From contig JBEEFP010000056.1 in assembly GCA_041166085.1 (NCBI GenBank), positions 48,449 to 112,448 of the forward strand: a stretch of DNA of 64,000 nt, written 5' to 3'. A model generated the notes under the pieces. The model did not search any database. It had not been told where the DNA came from and saw only the letters and a program-made list of their open reading frames with translations. Shown in pieces: positions 1 through 10,620 of the stretch. The stretch's first letter is position 1. Every line of letters starts with the position of its first letter. Position numbers and translations under genes: made by a program. The stretch comes from Actinomycetota bacterium (GTDB lineage: Bacteria; Actinomycetota; Acidimicrobiia; Acidimicrobiales; JAFATL01).

Positions 1-1092
1 GATGACGCAGACGCCGACGAGCACCCGTCGCACCTCGAGCCGCTTGGCCTGGGCGACGGCCTCGATGGTCGCCAGCGTCAGAGCGGTGAGGGGCAGGGAC
101 GCGTAGTGGACCGCGATGGTGCGGGTCCAGATGTAGTTCGACAGCAGGTTGGCCACGAACATCGGCACACCGAGCACCAGCACCTCGGGCGCGAGCAGGG
201 GCAACATGGCGAAGGGCGCGAACATCTGCCACAGGTAGTGCTGCGCCTCGCCGCTCGTGAGCCGGTCGGTGATGTTGCTCGGGCGCTTGATGGTCTGGCG
301 GATGATGTTGCCGGGTGACCCGCCGATCCCCGTGTAGAGCTGCTCGTAGAAGACGCCGCCGGTGACGGCGGGCAGCACGATGCGCGTCGTGATCACGTAC
401 CACGCGGCGCCGAGGCCCACCGTGATCAGACCAACCTTGCGATCCTGGCGGAACAGGACGATGAGCCCGAGCACGATGATGAAGAGGGCCACGTCCTCCT
501 TCCACATCACCGCGTAGACGAGGCATCCCGCGTACCAGCCCCACCGGTGTCGCAACGCGAACCAGTAGGCGAACAGCAACGGCGTGATCGCCATCACCTC
601 GGGATGGAAGAGCTCCCAACCCATGAGTCCGAGCGACGGGTGGAGGAGATAGACGCCCGAAAGAGCCACCGCGCTCCAGCGGTCGCTGACCCTGTCCCGC
701 GCGATGAGGAAGACGGGCACCGCGCCGAGCGCCATCGATGCGATCTGCACCATGTTCATCAGGTGGGCGCCCTGGCCCATCCAGTAGAAGGGCACGAACA
801 CCAACATGCCGGGGCTGAGGTGGTGACCCCAGAAGTCGAGGCCGCGGACGGTCATGAAGCTGTGGAACCGCGACAGGAGCCACACGGCCTGGTCGAAGAT
901 GCCCATGTCGAACCCGAACGATCCGAAGTACTCCTGACGACGCCACACGTTCGGCGCGTACGAGACGAAGAACAGCACCATCAGCAGCGCCACGACCCAC
1001 CACGCCGGGTCCACCGCCTTGGCCCGGTCGCGCCAGGTCCGCTCCCGCTCGAGCCCTGGCAGCTGCGGCTGCACGGCGACCGCTCGGCTCAC
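1..1092 (-). CDS. DUF2079-like polytopic membrane protein (predicted GT-C glycosyltransferase), 3' end outside window
   Basis: Not in ORF track; manual translation from GTG 1092: MSRAVAVQP...WRRQEYFGSFGFDMGIFDQAVWLLS...RGLDFWGHHLSP...FHPEVMAITP...WKEDVAL; frame open to window edge. Confidence 0.75.
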   Translation of the reverse strand, partial: MSRAVAVQPQLPGLERERTWRDRAKAVDPAWWVVALLMVLFFVSYAPNVWRRQEYFGSFGFDMGIFDQAVWLLSRFHSFMTVRGLDFWGHHLSPGMLVFVPFYWMGQGAHLMNMVQIASMALGAVPVFLIARDRVSDRWSAVALSGVYLLHPSLGLMGWELFHPEVMAITPLLFAYWFALRHRWGWYAGCLVYAVMWKEDVALFIIVLGLIVLFRQDRKVGLITVGLGAAWYVITTRIVLPAVTGGVFYEQLYTGIGGSPGNIIRQTIKRPSNITDRLTSGEAQHYLWQMFAPFAMLPLLAPEVLVLGVPMFVANLLSNYIWTRTIAVHYASLPLTALTLATIEAVAQAKRLEVRRVLVGVCVI

Positions 1093-1112
1093 GGCAGCAT
1101 CTTGGCAGCCGC

Positions 1113-2906
1113 TCAACCCGCGCCGGCCGCGGACGCCACCTGCCGACCGTCGACGTGTCGCCAGAGCCACACGCCGTCGACCCGCTCGGGCGAACGACCG
1201 AGCAGCTCGGTCATGAAGGCGCGGACGTCTTCCTCGTAGAGCTGGCGCCCGACGAGCACACTGGTCACGCCCCAGCGATCGAGGTCGTATCCATAGGTCT
1301 GGCGCAGCTCGGGAGTCAGCGGCGGCGCCTGCTCGCCCCGCTGCGGCACGGCGAGGGCCTCGGACAGTGGTGTGCGCTCGGGCAAGGTGATGAAGGTTCG
1401 ATTGGCGTCGGGACCGAGGATGTACCCGTCCGGCATCCGGAACCGGAAGCGTGCCTCTGCCTGCCACAGCATCGGCTCGGACGTCGACGGATCGCGGGCG
1501 AACGGCGAGACCAGCACGACGCTGTCGCGGGGCACGCGCGCCACCGCGGCAGAGGTGAAGAACTTGGGGACGTTGGCCTCGGTGGCCGGGAAGCGGAACG
1601 TCGGGAGCACGGGCACCAGGGCGAGCAGGCCCGCGGCTGCGCCGGCGACGGCCATCGGGGCGTGGTGACGGCGCCGGAGCACCGCGTCGGCGAACACGGC
1701 GAGCAGCGCGGCTGCCGCCAGCCACGCGACCAGCATGAGCCGAACGGGCTGCACGCTCTGCAAGAGGCGAACGTGGTCGAACAGCTTGCGGGGCATCGAG
1801 GTCGACGTGCTCACCCCGCCCACGTGCAGGTGCGGGCCGAGGGCGAGCACCAGGAAGCACACGCCGACGACGGCGGCCACCTTGACGAGATCGCGTCTCC
1901 AGGCCCGCGCCGCCGTCACGATGAGCAGCACGAGCAGCGGCAGGCCCACGTAGCTCCCCTGCTCGTCGATGCAGCAGGAGTTGCTGAACTTGTCGGTCAC
2001 GCTGTGCGACCACGACGGCCGCACCTGTTGCAGATCACTCGGTACGACGAACGACAGCACGTCGGCCGACAGGGCCTCCGGGGGGAAGACCACGCCGTGG
2101 GTGGGATGGCGGGGCCCGAAGAACTGGAACGCGAGCGGGCCACCCACGATCAGCGCCGCGACAACCACGCCCGCACCGAGCGAGCGCAGCACGTGCGGCA
2201 CGCGCGGGCGCACGTCGCGCCAGTGGCTGGCCGCCAGCACGAGGGCGCCGACCGAGAGAGCGAGCACCTCATAGACGACCAGCTCCTCGGTGATGAACAG
2301 CTGAGCGGCCAGCAGTCCGCCGAGCAGCGCGCCCGACGCGCGAGAGGAGCGGCGTTGGTGGACGAGGATGTCCTCGGCGACGATGCAGAGCAGCGGCGGG
2401 ATGTAGGCCTGCACCAGGTTGGAGTGGGTGAGGGCCTGGCCGATCATGTACGGCGAGAACCCGTACAACAGTCCGCCCACCACTGCGGCCAGCTCGTGGG
2501 TCACGTGACGACGGATGAACAGGTAGAAGCACCAGCCCGACAGCGCCACCGCCAGGGTGATGACGACGTTGTACGCGGGGATGACACCGATCAGCAACGT
2601 CACCGGCGCCATCACGAGCGCGGTGAGCGGTTCGGCCGTGTTCCACATGAGATTGACGCCGTCCGGCGCGTTGATGTGGTGGGTGAAGAGCGGGTTCATC
2701 CCGTGCCCGAGCGCCCACGGCGTCCAGCGCAGGAACCACATGTGCAGTGGGGGATCGCCACCGAGGCCGATCCAGGTTCCACCCGGTGCGCTCCACGCCT
2801 TCCGGAACAGCAGCACCGCCAGCAGGACGAAGGCCAAGAGGGCGGTCGCGGGCGGGGACTCGAGCCGTGGGCGGACGCGCCGGGCGAGCCCGTGGACGGC
2901 TGGCAT
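1113..2906 (-). CDS. Multi-pass membrane protein, probable GT-C (YfhO-like) glycosyltransferase
   Basis: Start MPAVHGL at 2906 within the 713-aa ORF; GGDPPLHMWFLRW, PDGVNLMWNT, YGFSPY, many TM helices, MLWQA..RFRMPDGY C-domain. Confidence 0.7.
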   Translation of the reverse strand: MPAVHGLARRVRPRLESPPATALLAFVLLAVLLFRKAWSAPGGTWIGLGGDPPLHMWFLRWTPWALGHGMNPLFTHHINAPDGVNLMWNTAEPLTALVMAPVTLLIGVIPAYNVVITLAVALSGWCFYLFIRRHVTHELAAVVGGLLYGFSPYMIGQALTHSNLVQAYIPPLLCIVAEDILVHQRRSSRASGALLGGLLAAQLFITEELVVYEVLALSVGALVLAASHWRDVRPRVPHVLRSLGAGVVVAALIVGGPLAFQFFGPRHPTHGVVFPPEALSADVLSFVVPSDLQQVRPSWSHSVTDKFSNSCCIDEQGSYVGLPLLVLLIVTAARAWRRDLVKVAAVVGVCFLVLALGPHLHVGGVSTSTSMPRKLFDHVRLLQSVQPVRLMLVAWLAAAALLAVFADAVLRRRHHAPMAVAGAAAGLLALVPVLPTFRFPATEANVPKFFTSAAVARVPRDSVVLVSPFARDPSTSEPMLWQAEARFRFRMPDGYILGPDANRTFITLPERTPLSEALAVPQRGEQAPPLTPELRQTYGYDLDRWGVTSVLVGRQLYEEDVRAFMTELLGRSPERVDGVWLWRHVDGRQVASAAGAG

Positions 2907-2942
2907 CGAGCCCGGAGTGTACGGGCCGGTAGCTTCTCCCGG

Positions 2943-3887
2943 ATGGACGGGACGACCGGGGCGCAACGGGCGCCCGTTTCGCTCGGCGACAGCACGACCC
3001 GCGTTCCCCCTCCCTGTCACCTGTGCGCCGGGACGGGGCTGCGGGTCCGTCACCCGGCGCGCCGAGAGGGCGCACCGATGTCGTCGTCGTTCGCGTGCAC
3101 GAGCTTCGGCCACCGCCACCACCAACCCATCTGGGAGTGCGACGGGTGTGGGCTCCTCGTGCAGTGGCCACAACCGTCGGACACCCAGCTGGTGGCCGCC
3201 TACGAGGAGGTGGAGGACCCGACCTACGTCGCCGAGAGCGACAACCGCCACCACACCTTTCGTCGCGTCATCGGCAAGCTCGGTGCACCGGGGTCCCGCC
3301 GTCTCCTCGACGTGGGTGCGTACTGCGGATACTTCCTCGACGTCGCACGCGACGTCGGATTCTGCGTCGAGGGTCTCGAGCTGTCGCGCTGGGCCGGAGA
3401 TGTCGCGCGTTCACGCGGTCACACCGTTCACCAGCAGACGATTCGCAAGCGGGCCGACGTGGGTGGGCGCTACGACGTGGTGACGCTCTGGGACGTGGTC
3501 GAGCACCTCGCCGACCCGCGCCGCGAGCTGGAAGCCGTGTTCGACCTGCTCGAGCCGGGCGGCCAGGTGTGGCTGTCGACCATCGACGCCGGCAGCAGGG
3601 TGGCGCGTCTCTTCGGGAGCCGCTGGCCGTGGCTCATGGACATGCACCTCTTCTACTTCGACCGCTCCACGCTGGCGACCCTGCTGACGCAGGCGGGCTT
3701 CGTCGACGTGGAGATCGGTCTGTACACCCACGTCATCTCCGGCCGCTACCTGCTGCGCAAGGTGGCGGCCAGCTTCCGACCCCTCGGGCCCGTCGCCCGC
3801 GCCCTGCAGCGGGTGACGCCCGAGCGCGTGCGGGTGCCGATCAACCTCGGCGACAACATGATCGTCTCGGCCCGCAAGCCCGCCTGA
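2943..3887 (+). CDS. Class I SAM-dependent methyltransferase with N-terminal Cys4 zinc-binding motif
   Basis: CHLC...CDGC, LLDVGAYCGYF, YDVVTLWDVVEHLADP, HLFYF; start could be 2943 or 3078. Confidence 0.85.
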   Translation: MDGTTGAQRAPVSLGDSTTRVPPPCHLCAGTGLRVRHPARREGAPMSSSFACTSFGHRHHQPIWECDGCGLLVQWPQPSDTQLVAAYEEVEDPTYVAESDNRHHTFRRVIGKLGAPGSRRLLDVGAYCGYFLDVARDVGFCVEGLELSRWAGDVARSRGHTVHQQTIRKRADVGGRYDVVTLWDVVEHLADPRRELEAVFDLLEPGGQVWLSTIDAGSRVARLFGSRWPWLMDMHLFYFDRSTLATLLTQAGFVDVEIGLYTHVISGRYLLRKVAASFRPLGPVARALQRVTPERVRVPINLGDNMIVSARKPA

Positions 3888-3911
3888 GGACGAGCAGCTC
3901 CGGAGAGGCGG

Positions 3912-4610
3912 CTAGGTGTCTTCGCGGATGTCGAGCAGCTTCTCGCGCACGGCGTAGATCACGGCCTCCATGCGGGAGTGGAGGTGCAGCTTCTCCAGGA
4001 TGTTGCGGACGTGGTTCTTGACCGTGTTCTCGGAGATGTAGAGCTCGTCGGCGATCTCGCGGTTGCTCATGCCCTTGGCGACGAGCTTGAGCACCTCGAG
4101 CTCGCGTGCGGTGAGGGCGGGCGCGGGGAACTGCTGCTTCTCCTCGGCCCGCTTGGACATGGCGTTGAACTCGTTGAGCAGCTTCGACGCCATCGACGGC
4201 GAGATCAGGCTCTGGCCCTGCACGACGGCCCGGATGGCCTCGGCCACCTCCTCGACGGAGATCTCCTTCAGCAGGTAGCCGTTGGCGCCCGCCTTGACCG
4301 CCTCGAAGAGGTCGTCCTCCTCGTCGGAGACCGTGAGCATGAGGATCTTGGTGGTGGGGACCTCGCTGCGGATGGCCCGCGCCGCCTCGATGCCGTTGAC
4401 GCGGGGCATGCGGACGTCCATGAGCACGACGTCGGGCGCCAGTTCCTGGGCCTTCTGGATGGCCTCCTCGCCGTTCTCGGCCTCGGCGACGACCTCGATG
4501 TGATCCTCGGTGCCCAGCACGACGTAGAGACCGCGGCGGAACAGGGCCTGGTCATCGGCGATCAGGACGCGGATCAACTCCCCGTCGCCCCTGCTCTGTT
4601 CGTCGGACAA
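3912..4610 (-). CDS. NarL/LuxR-family response regulator
   Basis: IRVLIADDQ, DVVLMDVRMP, GYLLK, LTARELEVL...SENTVKNHVRNILEKL; usual position downstream of hpf. Confidence 0.95.
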   Translation of the reverse strand: MSDEQSRGDGELIRVLIADDQALFRRGLYVVLGTEDHIEVVAEAENGEEAIQKAQELAPDVVLMDVRMPRVNGIEAARAIRSEVPTTKILMLTVSDEEDDLFEAVKAGANGYLLKEISVEEVAEAIRAVVQGQSLISPSMASKLLNEFNAMSKRAEEKQQFPAPALTARELEVLKLVAKGMSNREIADELYISENTVKNHVRNILEKLHLHSRMEAVIYAVREKLLDIREDT

Positions 4611-4623
4611 GAGGTTCCCCCTG

Positions 4624-5217
4624 CTAGGTGGCGTCGATCAGGCCGATGTCGCCGTCAGCCCGACGGTAGACGACCGCCGCCTTTCCGGTCTCGGCGTTGG
4701 TGAAGAAGAAGAAGTCGTGACCCAGCAGCTCCATCTGCAGCGCCGCTTCCTCGGGGGTCATGGGCTTGATGGCGAACTGCTTGGTCTTCACGATGCGCCC
4801 CTGGATGAGGCGTGCACCGTCCAGTTCGTCGTCGAACCCCTCGTCCTCTGGCTCCTCCTCGGTGACGGCGGCGGATTTCCTCGGGAATTCTACCGATCCG
4901 TGCCGACGGGGGTGGGACCTCCCGATGAGCTTCCCCTTGAGCTTCTCCATCCGGTGCTCGAGCTTGTCGACCACCCGGTCGACCGCCGCGAAGGTGTCGG
5001 AAGCGGCCGCCTTGGCTCGCACGATGTGGCCATGGCCGTGCATCGTGACCTCGCACACCTCCTTCTCGGAGATGCGCGGGTTGCGCTCCTCGGAGAACAT
5101 GACGTCCGCCCGTTCCATGCCGTCGAGAAATCGGGTCAGGCGGGTGACCTTCTCCTCGACCGTGTTGCGAAGGGCGTCCGACACCTCGACGTTGCGACTA
5201 CGGATGGCGATGTCCAA
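4624..5217 (-). CDS. hpf: Ribosome hibernation promoting factor (long HPF/RaiA)
   Basis: TTG start 5217 with GGGAGG RBS; DIAIRSRNVEV..., KPMTPEEAALQMELLGHDFFFF, VVYRRADGDIGLI. Confidence 0.93.
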   Translation of the reverse strand: MDIAIRSRNVEVSDALRNTVEEKVTRLTRFLDGMERADVMFSEERNPRISEKEVCEVTMHGHGHIVRAKAAASDTFAAVDRVVDKLEHRMEKLKGKLIGRSHPRRHGSVEFPRKSAAVTEEEPEDEGFDDELDGARLIQGRIVKTKQFAIKPMTPEEAALQMELLGHDFFFFTNAETGKAAVVYRRADGDIGLIDAT

Positions 5218-5384
5218 CGAGTCCTCCCGGGCCTGGATGGTCATGACAGATGGGCCGCGTGCGGCTGACCTGGTCTTTGTCCCCACACTCGCCTGCAGAG
5301 GAGATAGCGGGCCGGATGGCGGCGGTCCGAGGACCCTGCGTCACCCGTGTCGGCACGCGTCGCTCCTTCTCCGCCGGGTGCCGC

Positions 5385-5413
5385 CGATCGGCACCACGTC
5401 AGGCAGGACTTAC
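5385..5413 (-). promoter_or_regulatory. Possible sigma28/WhiG-type promoter upstream of hpf
   Basis: Minus strand GTAAG-N16-GCCGATCG. Confidence 0.35.
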
Positions 5414-5547
5414 TCCTAAGCCGCACCATGCTCAGCAACCAAGCGTTGCCTTACGTGGGTCGTTTCGCCTGCGGCTGGCATCGACTTGCAACCACAGACC
5501 CGCACGCGGCCCATGAGCCAGTGTACGCAGCTGAACGCTGACCGCGG

Positions 5548-5736
5548 CTATGGAAGACGTCGGTGGACCAGGCAGTCCACCAGCTCGGCCGCGACCTCGT
5601 TGGCGCGACACCAGCCGTTGGAGCCGAGCAGGCGCCGTCCCCGCACGACGGCCTCGGGCCGGATCGACGAGAGGGCCAGGACGCGGGCGACGACATGGTC
5701 ATCGAGATGGGGTGTACCGCCGGGTGCCGGTCGCAT
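5548..5736 (-). CDS. Small FlgM-like (anti-sigma28-like) protein, 62 aa
   Basis: MRPAPGGTPHLDDHVVARVLALSSIRPEAVVRGRRLLGSNGWCRANEVAAELVDCLVHRRLP resembles the FlgM C-terminal pattern; sigma28-like promoter just upstream of the ATG. Confidence 0.5.
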   Translation of the reverse strand: MRPAPGGTPHLDDHVVARVLALSSIRPEAVVRGRRLLGSNGWCRANEVAAELVDCLVHRRLP

Positions 5737-6376
5737 TGATCTTTGCTTCGGCCACTGTGCGTGGCAGCTTGAGTGGCGTACTTGCCGCGGTGAGGGCGTC
5801 CACACGGGTGGCACCGGCGGTGCGCAGGGTGAGTGCGGCGGCCGTGATGGTGGCGCCGCTCGTCACCACGTCGTCCACAAGCAGCACGGCGGACGGCACC
5901 GGGCCGCTGGCCGTCAGCTGGGGCCCCGCTCGGCGCTGCTCGAGGACGCGGCCCGTCTGCGCCGGACCGGGCAGCCGCCGCAGCAGCGCGCCGCACGGCA
6001 GGCCCAGGTGACGAGCGACGGAGCGTGCCAACACCTCGGCCTGGTCGAAGCCGCGGTTGCGCCGCCGCCTCGTCGTCGTGGGGATCCAGGTGACGATGTC
6101 GAGGCCGACAGCTTCGACGCGGCTGGCCATCGCCGCCGCGAGCCACGGCACGGCGCCACGGGCGTTGCGGTACTTGAGACGCGCGACCAGCTCGCGGCCG
6201 GCGCCGACGTAGGCGAACGGCACGGCGAGCCGGTCCACACCCCGCGGCGGCGGGCGGCGGGGCGGGGGCTCGAGCTCGTCGATGCACGCCGCACACGGGG
6301 CGGGACCGGGGCGGTTGCACACGGGACAGCGGCGGGCCAGGAGCACGGGTCCAACGCTACGGAGGACCAGTGACAA
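5699..6376 (-). CDS. comF: ComF family phosphoribosyltransferase with zinc ribbon
   Basis: CPVC...CAAC, LKY, RRRNRGFDQAE, VLLVDDVVTSGATI. Confidence 0.9.
   Translation of the reverse strand: MSLVLRSVGPVLLARRCPVCNRPGPAPCAACIDELEPPPRRPPPRGVDRLAVPFAYVGAGRELVARLKYRNARGAVPWLAAAMASRVEAVGLDIVTWIPTTTRRRRNRGFDQAEVLARSVARHLGLPCGALLRRLPGPAQTGRVLEQRRAGPQLTASGPVPSAVLLVDDVVTSGATITAAALTLRTAGATRVDALTAASTPLKLPRTVAEAKINATGTRRYTPSR
5745..5773 (-). promoter_or_regulatory. sigma28/WhiG-type promoter inside the comF 3' end
   Basis: Minus strand CTCAAG-N15-GCCGAAGC, 8 nt before ATG 5736. Confidence 0.5.
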
Positions 6377-6412
6377 CGCTCGCAGGAGCTGCGCCCTTCT
6401 CGCGCAGGAATC

Positions 6413-6441
6413 TTGACAGCTGCTGCCATGTTTTCGAGAAT
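6413..6441 (+). promoter_or_regulatory. sigmaA-like promoter of hsp20
   Basis: TTGACA-N17-GAGAAT upstream of GGAGGAGG RBS. Confidence 0.55.
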
Positions 6442-6480
6442 GTCGTCATGGACGAATCGACCCGTGGAGGAGGTATCTCG

Positions 6481-6930
6481 ATGTTGATGCGCTGGGACCC
6501 GTTCCGTGAGATCGACCGGCTGTCCGACCAGGCCTTCGCCGGCCTGCGCTCGCGCCAGGCCGTCATGCCGATGGACGCGTACCGCCACGGCGACCAGTTC
6601 GTCGTGCACTTCGACCTACCGGGCGTCGACCCGTCGAGCATCGAGCTGACCGTCGAGAAGAACGTCCTCACCGTCTCGGCCGAGCGGTCGTGGCAGAAGG
6701 GTGAGGGCGACGAGATCGTCGTCAGCGAGCGCCCGCAGGGCGCCTTCAGCCGCCAGCTGTTCCTCGGTGAGGGGCTCGATGCCGACGGCGTGTCGGCCAA
6801 CTACGACCAGGGTGTGCTCACCGTCACCATCCCTGTCGCCGAGAAGGCCAAGCCCCGCAAGGTCGAGGTGTCGACCAGCGGCAGCGACAACGGTCAGACC
6901 GCGATCAACGCCACGTCCACCGCGGCCTGA
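6481..6930 (+). CDS. Hsp20/alpha-crystallin small heat-shock protein
   Basis: MLMRWDPFREIDR, PMDAYR, FDLPGVDP, ERPQGAFSRQL, ANYDQGVLTVTIP; strong RBS. Confidence 0.95.
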   Translation: MLMRWDPFREIDRLSDQAFAGLRSRQAVMPMDAYRHGDQFVVHFDLPGVDPSSIELTVEKNVLTVSAERSWQKGEGDEIVVSERPQGAFSRQLFLGEGLDADGVSANYDQGVLTVTIPVAEKAKPRKVEVSTSGSDNGQTAINATSTAA

Positions 6931-6947
6931 CGCCACATTTTCGTTCT

Positions 6948-6979
6948 GGGATGGAAAACCGCCCCTCCCAGGGGTGGTT

Positions 6980-6988
<9 letters not shown>
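6948..6988. terminator. Hairpin between convergent hsp20 and mtnA, probable bidirectional terminator
   Basis: GGGATGGAAAACCGCCCCT-CCC-AGGGGTGGTTTTACATCCC. Confidence 0.65.
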
Positions 6989-7966
<978 letters not shown>

Positions 7967-7967
7967 G

Positions 7968-9386
7968 TCAGTAGCGGTAGTGCTCTGGCTTGAACGGGCC
8001 GTTCTTCGGGACGTCGATGTAGTCGGCCTGGTCCTGCGACAGCTCGGTGAGGTGCACGCCGAGCTTGTCGAGATGGAGACGAGCCACCTTCTCGTCGAGC
8101 TCGCGGGACAGGCGGTACACGCCCACCGGGTACTCGTCGGTGCGGGTGAACAGCTCGATCTGGGCCAGCACCTGGTTGGTGAAGCTGGTGGACATCACGA
8201 AGCTCGGGTGGCCGGTGGCGCAGCCCAGGTTCAGCAACCGCCCCTCGGCGAGCACGATCACCGAATGGCCGTCGGGGAACGCGAACTCGTCGACCTGGGG
8301 CTTGATGTTGAAGCGCTGGACGTCGGACATCTTGCCGAGGCCGGCCATGTCGATCTCGTTGTCGAAGTGGCCGATGTTCCCGACGATGGCGTTGTGCTTC
8401 ATCCGGCCCATGTGCTCGGCCGAGATGACGTCCTTGTTGCCGGTGGCGGTGACGAAGATGTCGCCCTTGTCGACGACCCGCTCGATGGTGTTGACCTCGA
8501 AGCCCTCCATCGCCGCCTGCAGCGCGCAGATGGGATCGACCTCGGTGACGATGACGCGTGCACCCTGTCCCCGAAGTGACTGCGCGCAGCCCTTGCCTAC
8601 GTCGCCGTAGCCGAGGACGACGGCGACCTTGCCGCCGATCATCACGTCGGTGGCGCGGTTGATGCCGTCGATGAGGCTGTGGCGGATGCCGTAGAGGTTG
8701 TCGAACTTCGACTTGGTGACCGAGTCGTTGACGTTGATGGCGGGGGACAGGAGTGTGCCCGCTTTCTCCCGCTGGTAGAGGCGGTGGACGCCGGTGGTGG
8801 TCTCCTCGGTGACGCCGATGATGCTCTTGCCGATGGTCGTCCAGAGTCCCGGGTTCTCCACCAGCGTCTTGCGCAGGGTGGCGAGCACGACCTTGAACTC
8901 CTCCGAGTCGGCGTCGGTGTCGTCCGGCACCGCGCCTGCCGTCTCGAACTCGGTGCCGAGGTGCACGAGCATGGTGGCGTCGCCGCCGTCGTCGAGGATC
9001 ATGTTGGGGCCGTCACCATCGGGCCACCGCAGGATCTGTTCGGTGCACGCCCAGTACTCCTCGAGCGTCTCGCCCTTCCAAGCGAACACCGGGACGCCCG
9101 CCGCCGCGATCGCGGCCGCCGCATGGTCCTGGGTCGAGAAGATGTTGCAGGAGGCCCACCGCACCTCGGCGCCGAGCGCCGTGAGGGTCTCGATCAGCAC
9201 CGCGGTCTGGATCGTCATGTGCAACGACCCGGCGATGCGCGCGCCGCGCAGCGGCTTGCTGTCGCCGTACTCGGCACGCAGGGCCATCAGGCCCGGCATC
9301 TCCTCCTCGGCGAGGACGATCTCCTTGCGGCCGAAGTCGGCGAGGCCGATGTCTGCGACCTTGTAGTCGGTCTCGGTCACTGCCAT
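7968..9386 (-). CDS. ahcY: Adenosylhomocysteinase
   Basis: [65 protein letters not shown]. Confidence 0.98.
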   Translation of the reverse strand: MAVTETDYKVADIGLADFGRKEIVLAEEEMPGLMALRAEYGDSKPLRGARIAGSLHMTIQTAVLIETLTALGAEVRWASCNIFSTQDHAAAAIAAAGVPVFAWKGETLEEYWACTEQILRWPDGDGPNMILDDGGDATMLVHLGTEFETAGAVPDDTDADSEEFKVVLATLRKTLVENPGLWTTIGKSIIGVTEETTTGVHRLYQREKAGTLLSPAINVNDSVTKSKFDNLYGIRHSLIDGINRATDVMIGGKVAVVLGYGDVGKGCAQSLRGQGARVIVTEVDPICALQAAMEGFEVNTIERVVDKGDIFVTATGNKDVISAEHMGRMKHNAIVGNIGHFDNEIDMAGLGKMSDVQRFNIKPQVDEFAFPDGHSVIVLAEGRLLNLGCATGHPSFVMSTSFTNQVLAQIELFTRTDEYPVGVYRLSRELDEKVARLHLDKLGVHLTELSQDQADYIDVPKNGPFKPEHYRY

Positions 9387-9409
9387 GTTCGCTCCCCGTT
9401 GCTGTCGAA

Positions 9410-9462
9410 GCCGTCTCGTGTAAATGGGCCACGGTTTCCGTGGCCCATTTCCTCGAGACAGC
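9410..9462. repeat. Long imperfect hairpin upstream of ahcY
   Basis: GCCGTCTCG..AAATGGGCCACGG-TTT-CCGTGGCCCATTT..CGAGACAGC. Confidence 0.75.
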
Positions 9463-9474
9463 GGGTGATGGTCG

Positions 9475-10503
9475 TCATCCGGCGCTCAGCGCCGCTTTGA
9501 GGTCTTCCTGAACCGCGACGGGCCCGGGGTCGACGCCCTCCTGCAGGGCGAGGTGCAGGGCGACGAAGTCGCCGAAGAGGATGAGGTCGAGGAGCTGGGC
9601 CAGCTCGCCGTCGCCTTGGGCCCGCACCTCCTCGACCGACGCCACCGTCTCGCGGACGAGCTCGGTGGTGAGGTCGAAGCGCCTGCTCACCTGCGGGTGC
9701 TCGTGATCGTGACGCAGGTTGATCAGGGTGAGCACCTGGCGCGTCACGTCGCCGTGCTGACCCCACGCCGAGAGCTCGTTGTGGCACAGCTCGGGATGGG
9801 TGTTCCAGAACGCGGGTGACTTGGCGTTCTCGTTGATCTGGGTCTTCCAGCGCTGCGCGGCCGCCGACCCGAGCGCGCCGCCGCCGTAGATGATCGGGAA
9901 CGTCCGGCCGATGCGCCGGGCCAGAGCCTCGGCCTCGTTGCCGTCGACGACGAGGGCGTCGCGCCGTCGCCGCAGCTGATCGACGGCCAGGTCGATCCAT
10001 TGGCTCGCGCCAGGGAACAGCCCGATCTCCTCCAGGACGACGAGCGGGGGGATGGCGAGCGAGCCGAGGCCGACGCGGGGCTGAGGGATGTTGGTGGGCA
10101 CGCCGACGACCGGCGCCCCCCAACCCGCAGCGCGCTTTGCGATCTCGCCCCCGCCGGTGATGGCCACGATGCGTGCGCCCTGCAGGGCGGCTTCGGTGCC
10201 GGTCTCGATGGTCTCCTCGGTGTCGCCCGAGAACGACACGACGAACACCAGCGAGCCCTCGCCGACGAAGTGGGGCAGCTCGTAGCCCTTCACGACCACG
10301 ACCGGCACGGCCATGAACGGGGCGGCGGCCGCGAGGAGGATGTCACCGGCCACACCGCTGCCGCCCATGCCGAGGACGACGACGTGTTCGATGGACTCGC
10401 GCGACGGCAGGCCTTCGAGGCCGCGCGCGGACTGAGCCGCGTCGAAGACGCGCTCGGGCAGGGCCGCCGTTGCTTCCCGCATGTCCTGGGTGTCAGTTGA
10501 CAT
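9475..10503 (-). CDS. Bifunctional phosphoglucose/phosphomannose isomerase (SIS)
   Basis: [37 protein letters not shown]. Confidence 0.9.
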   Translation of the reverse strand: MSTDTQDMREATAALPERVFDAAQSARGLEGLPSRESIEHVVVLGMGGSGVAGDILLAAAAPFMAVPVVVVKGYELPHFVGEGSLVFVVSFSGDTEETIETGTEAALQGARIVAITGGGEIAKRAAGWGAPVVGVPTNIPQPRVGLGSLAIPPLVVLEEIGLFPGASQWIDLAVDQLRRRRDALVVDGNEAEALARRIGRTFPIIYGGGALGSAAAQRWKTQINENAKSPAFWNTHPELCHNELSAWGQHGDVTRQVLTLINLRHDHEHPQVSRRFDLTTELVRETVASVEEVRAQGDGELAQLLDLILFGDFVALHLALQEGVDPGPVAVQEDLKAALSAG

Positions 10504-10594
10504 TCGCTCGCTCGCAAGCGTCGCTCGCTGAGGTGCGATGGGGACCCCACAGGTTCGACCCGCTTGCCACGTTCCGCCCTGTCCCCCATCGCGG
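10504..10594. repeat. REP-like intergenic repeat, copy 1
   Basis: TCGCTCGCTCGCAAGCGTCGCTCGCTGA...TGGGGACCCCA...CCCCATCGCGG; matches 19588-19733. Confidence 0.75.
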
Positions 10595-10620
10595 GCTGCT
10601 GCTCGGTCGCCGCAGGCCGC

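Noticed and set aside
1155-2942. 910-aa + strand ORF and many other long overlapping ORFs (e.g. 23042..25321, 31615..33603, 59853..61913)
   Set aside because: Antisense or alternate-frame shadows of real genes, expected in high-GC DNA; only 2943-3887 of the 910-aa ORF looks coding
5198-5356. About 52-codon upstream ORF with AGAAGGAG RBS overlapping the hpf start
   Set aside because: Poor codon bias and no recognisable motif; cannot be supported without ribosome profiling
6410-6445. HspR HAIR or CIRCE operator before hsp20
   Set aside because: CTTGACA lacks the matching ACTCAAG arm; no TTAGCACTC repeat
9387-9474. SAH riboswitch upstream of ahcY
   Set aside because: No GAGGAGCG/CCAGGCTC/CGCTC consensus elements seen; only a simple hairpin
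10548-10565. GGTTCGACCC T-loop-like sequence (tRNA?)
   Set aside because: No cloverleaf, D-arm or acceptor stem; lies inside the REP-like repeat
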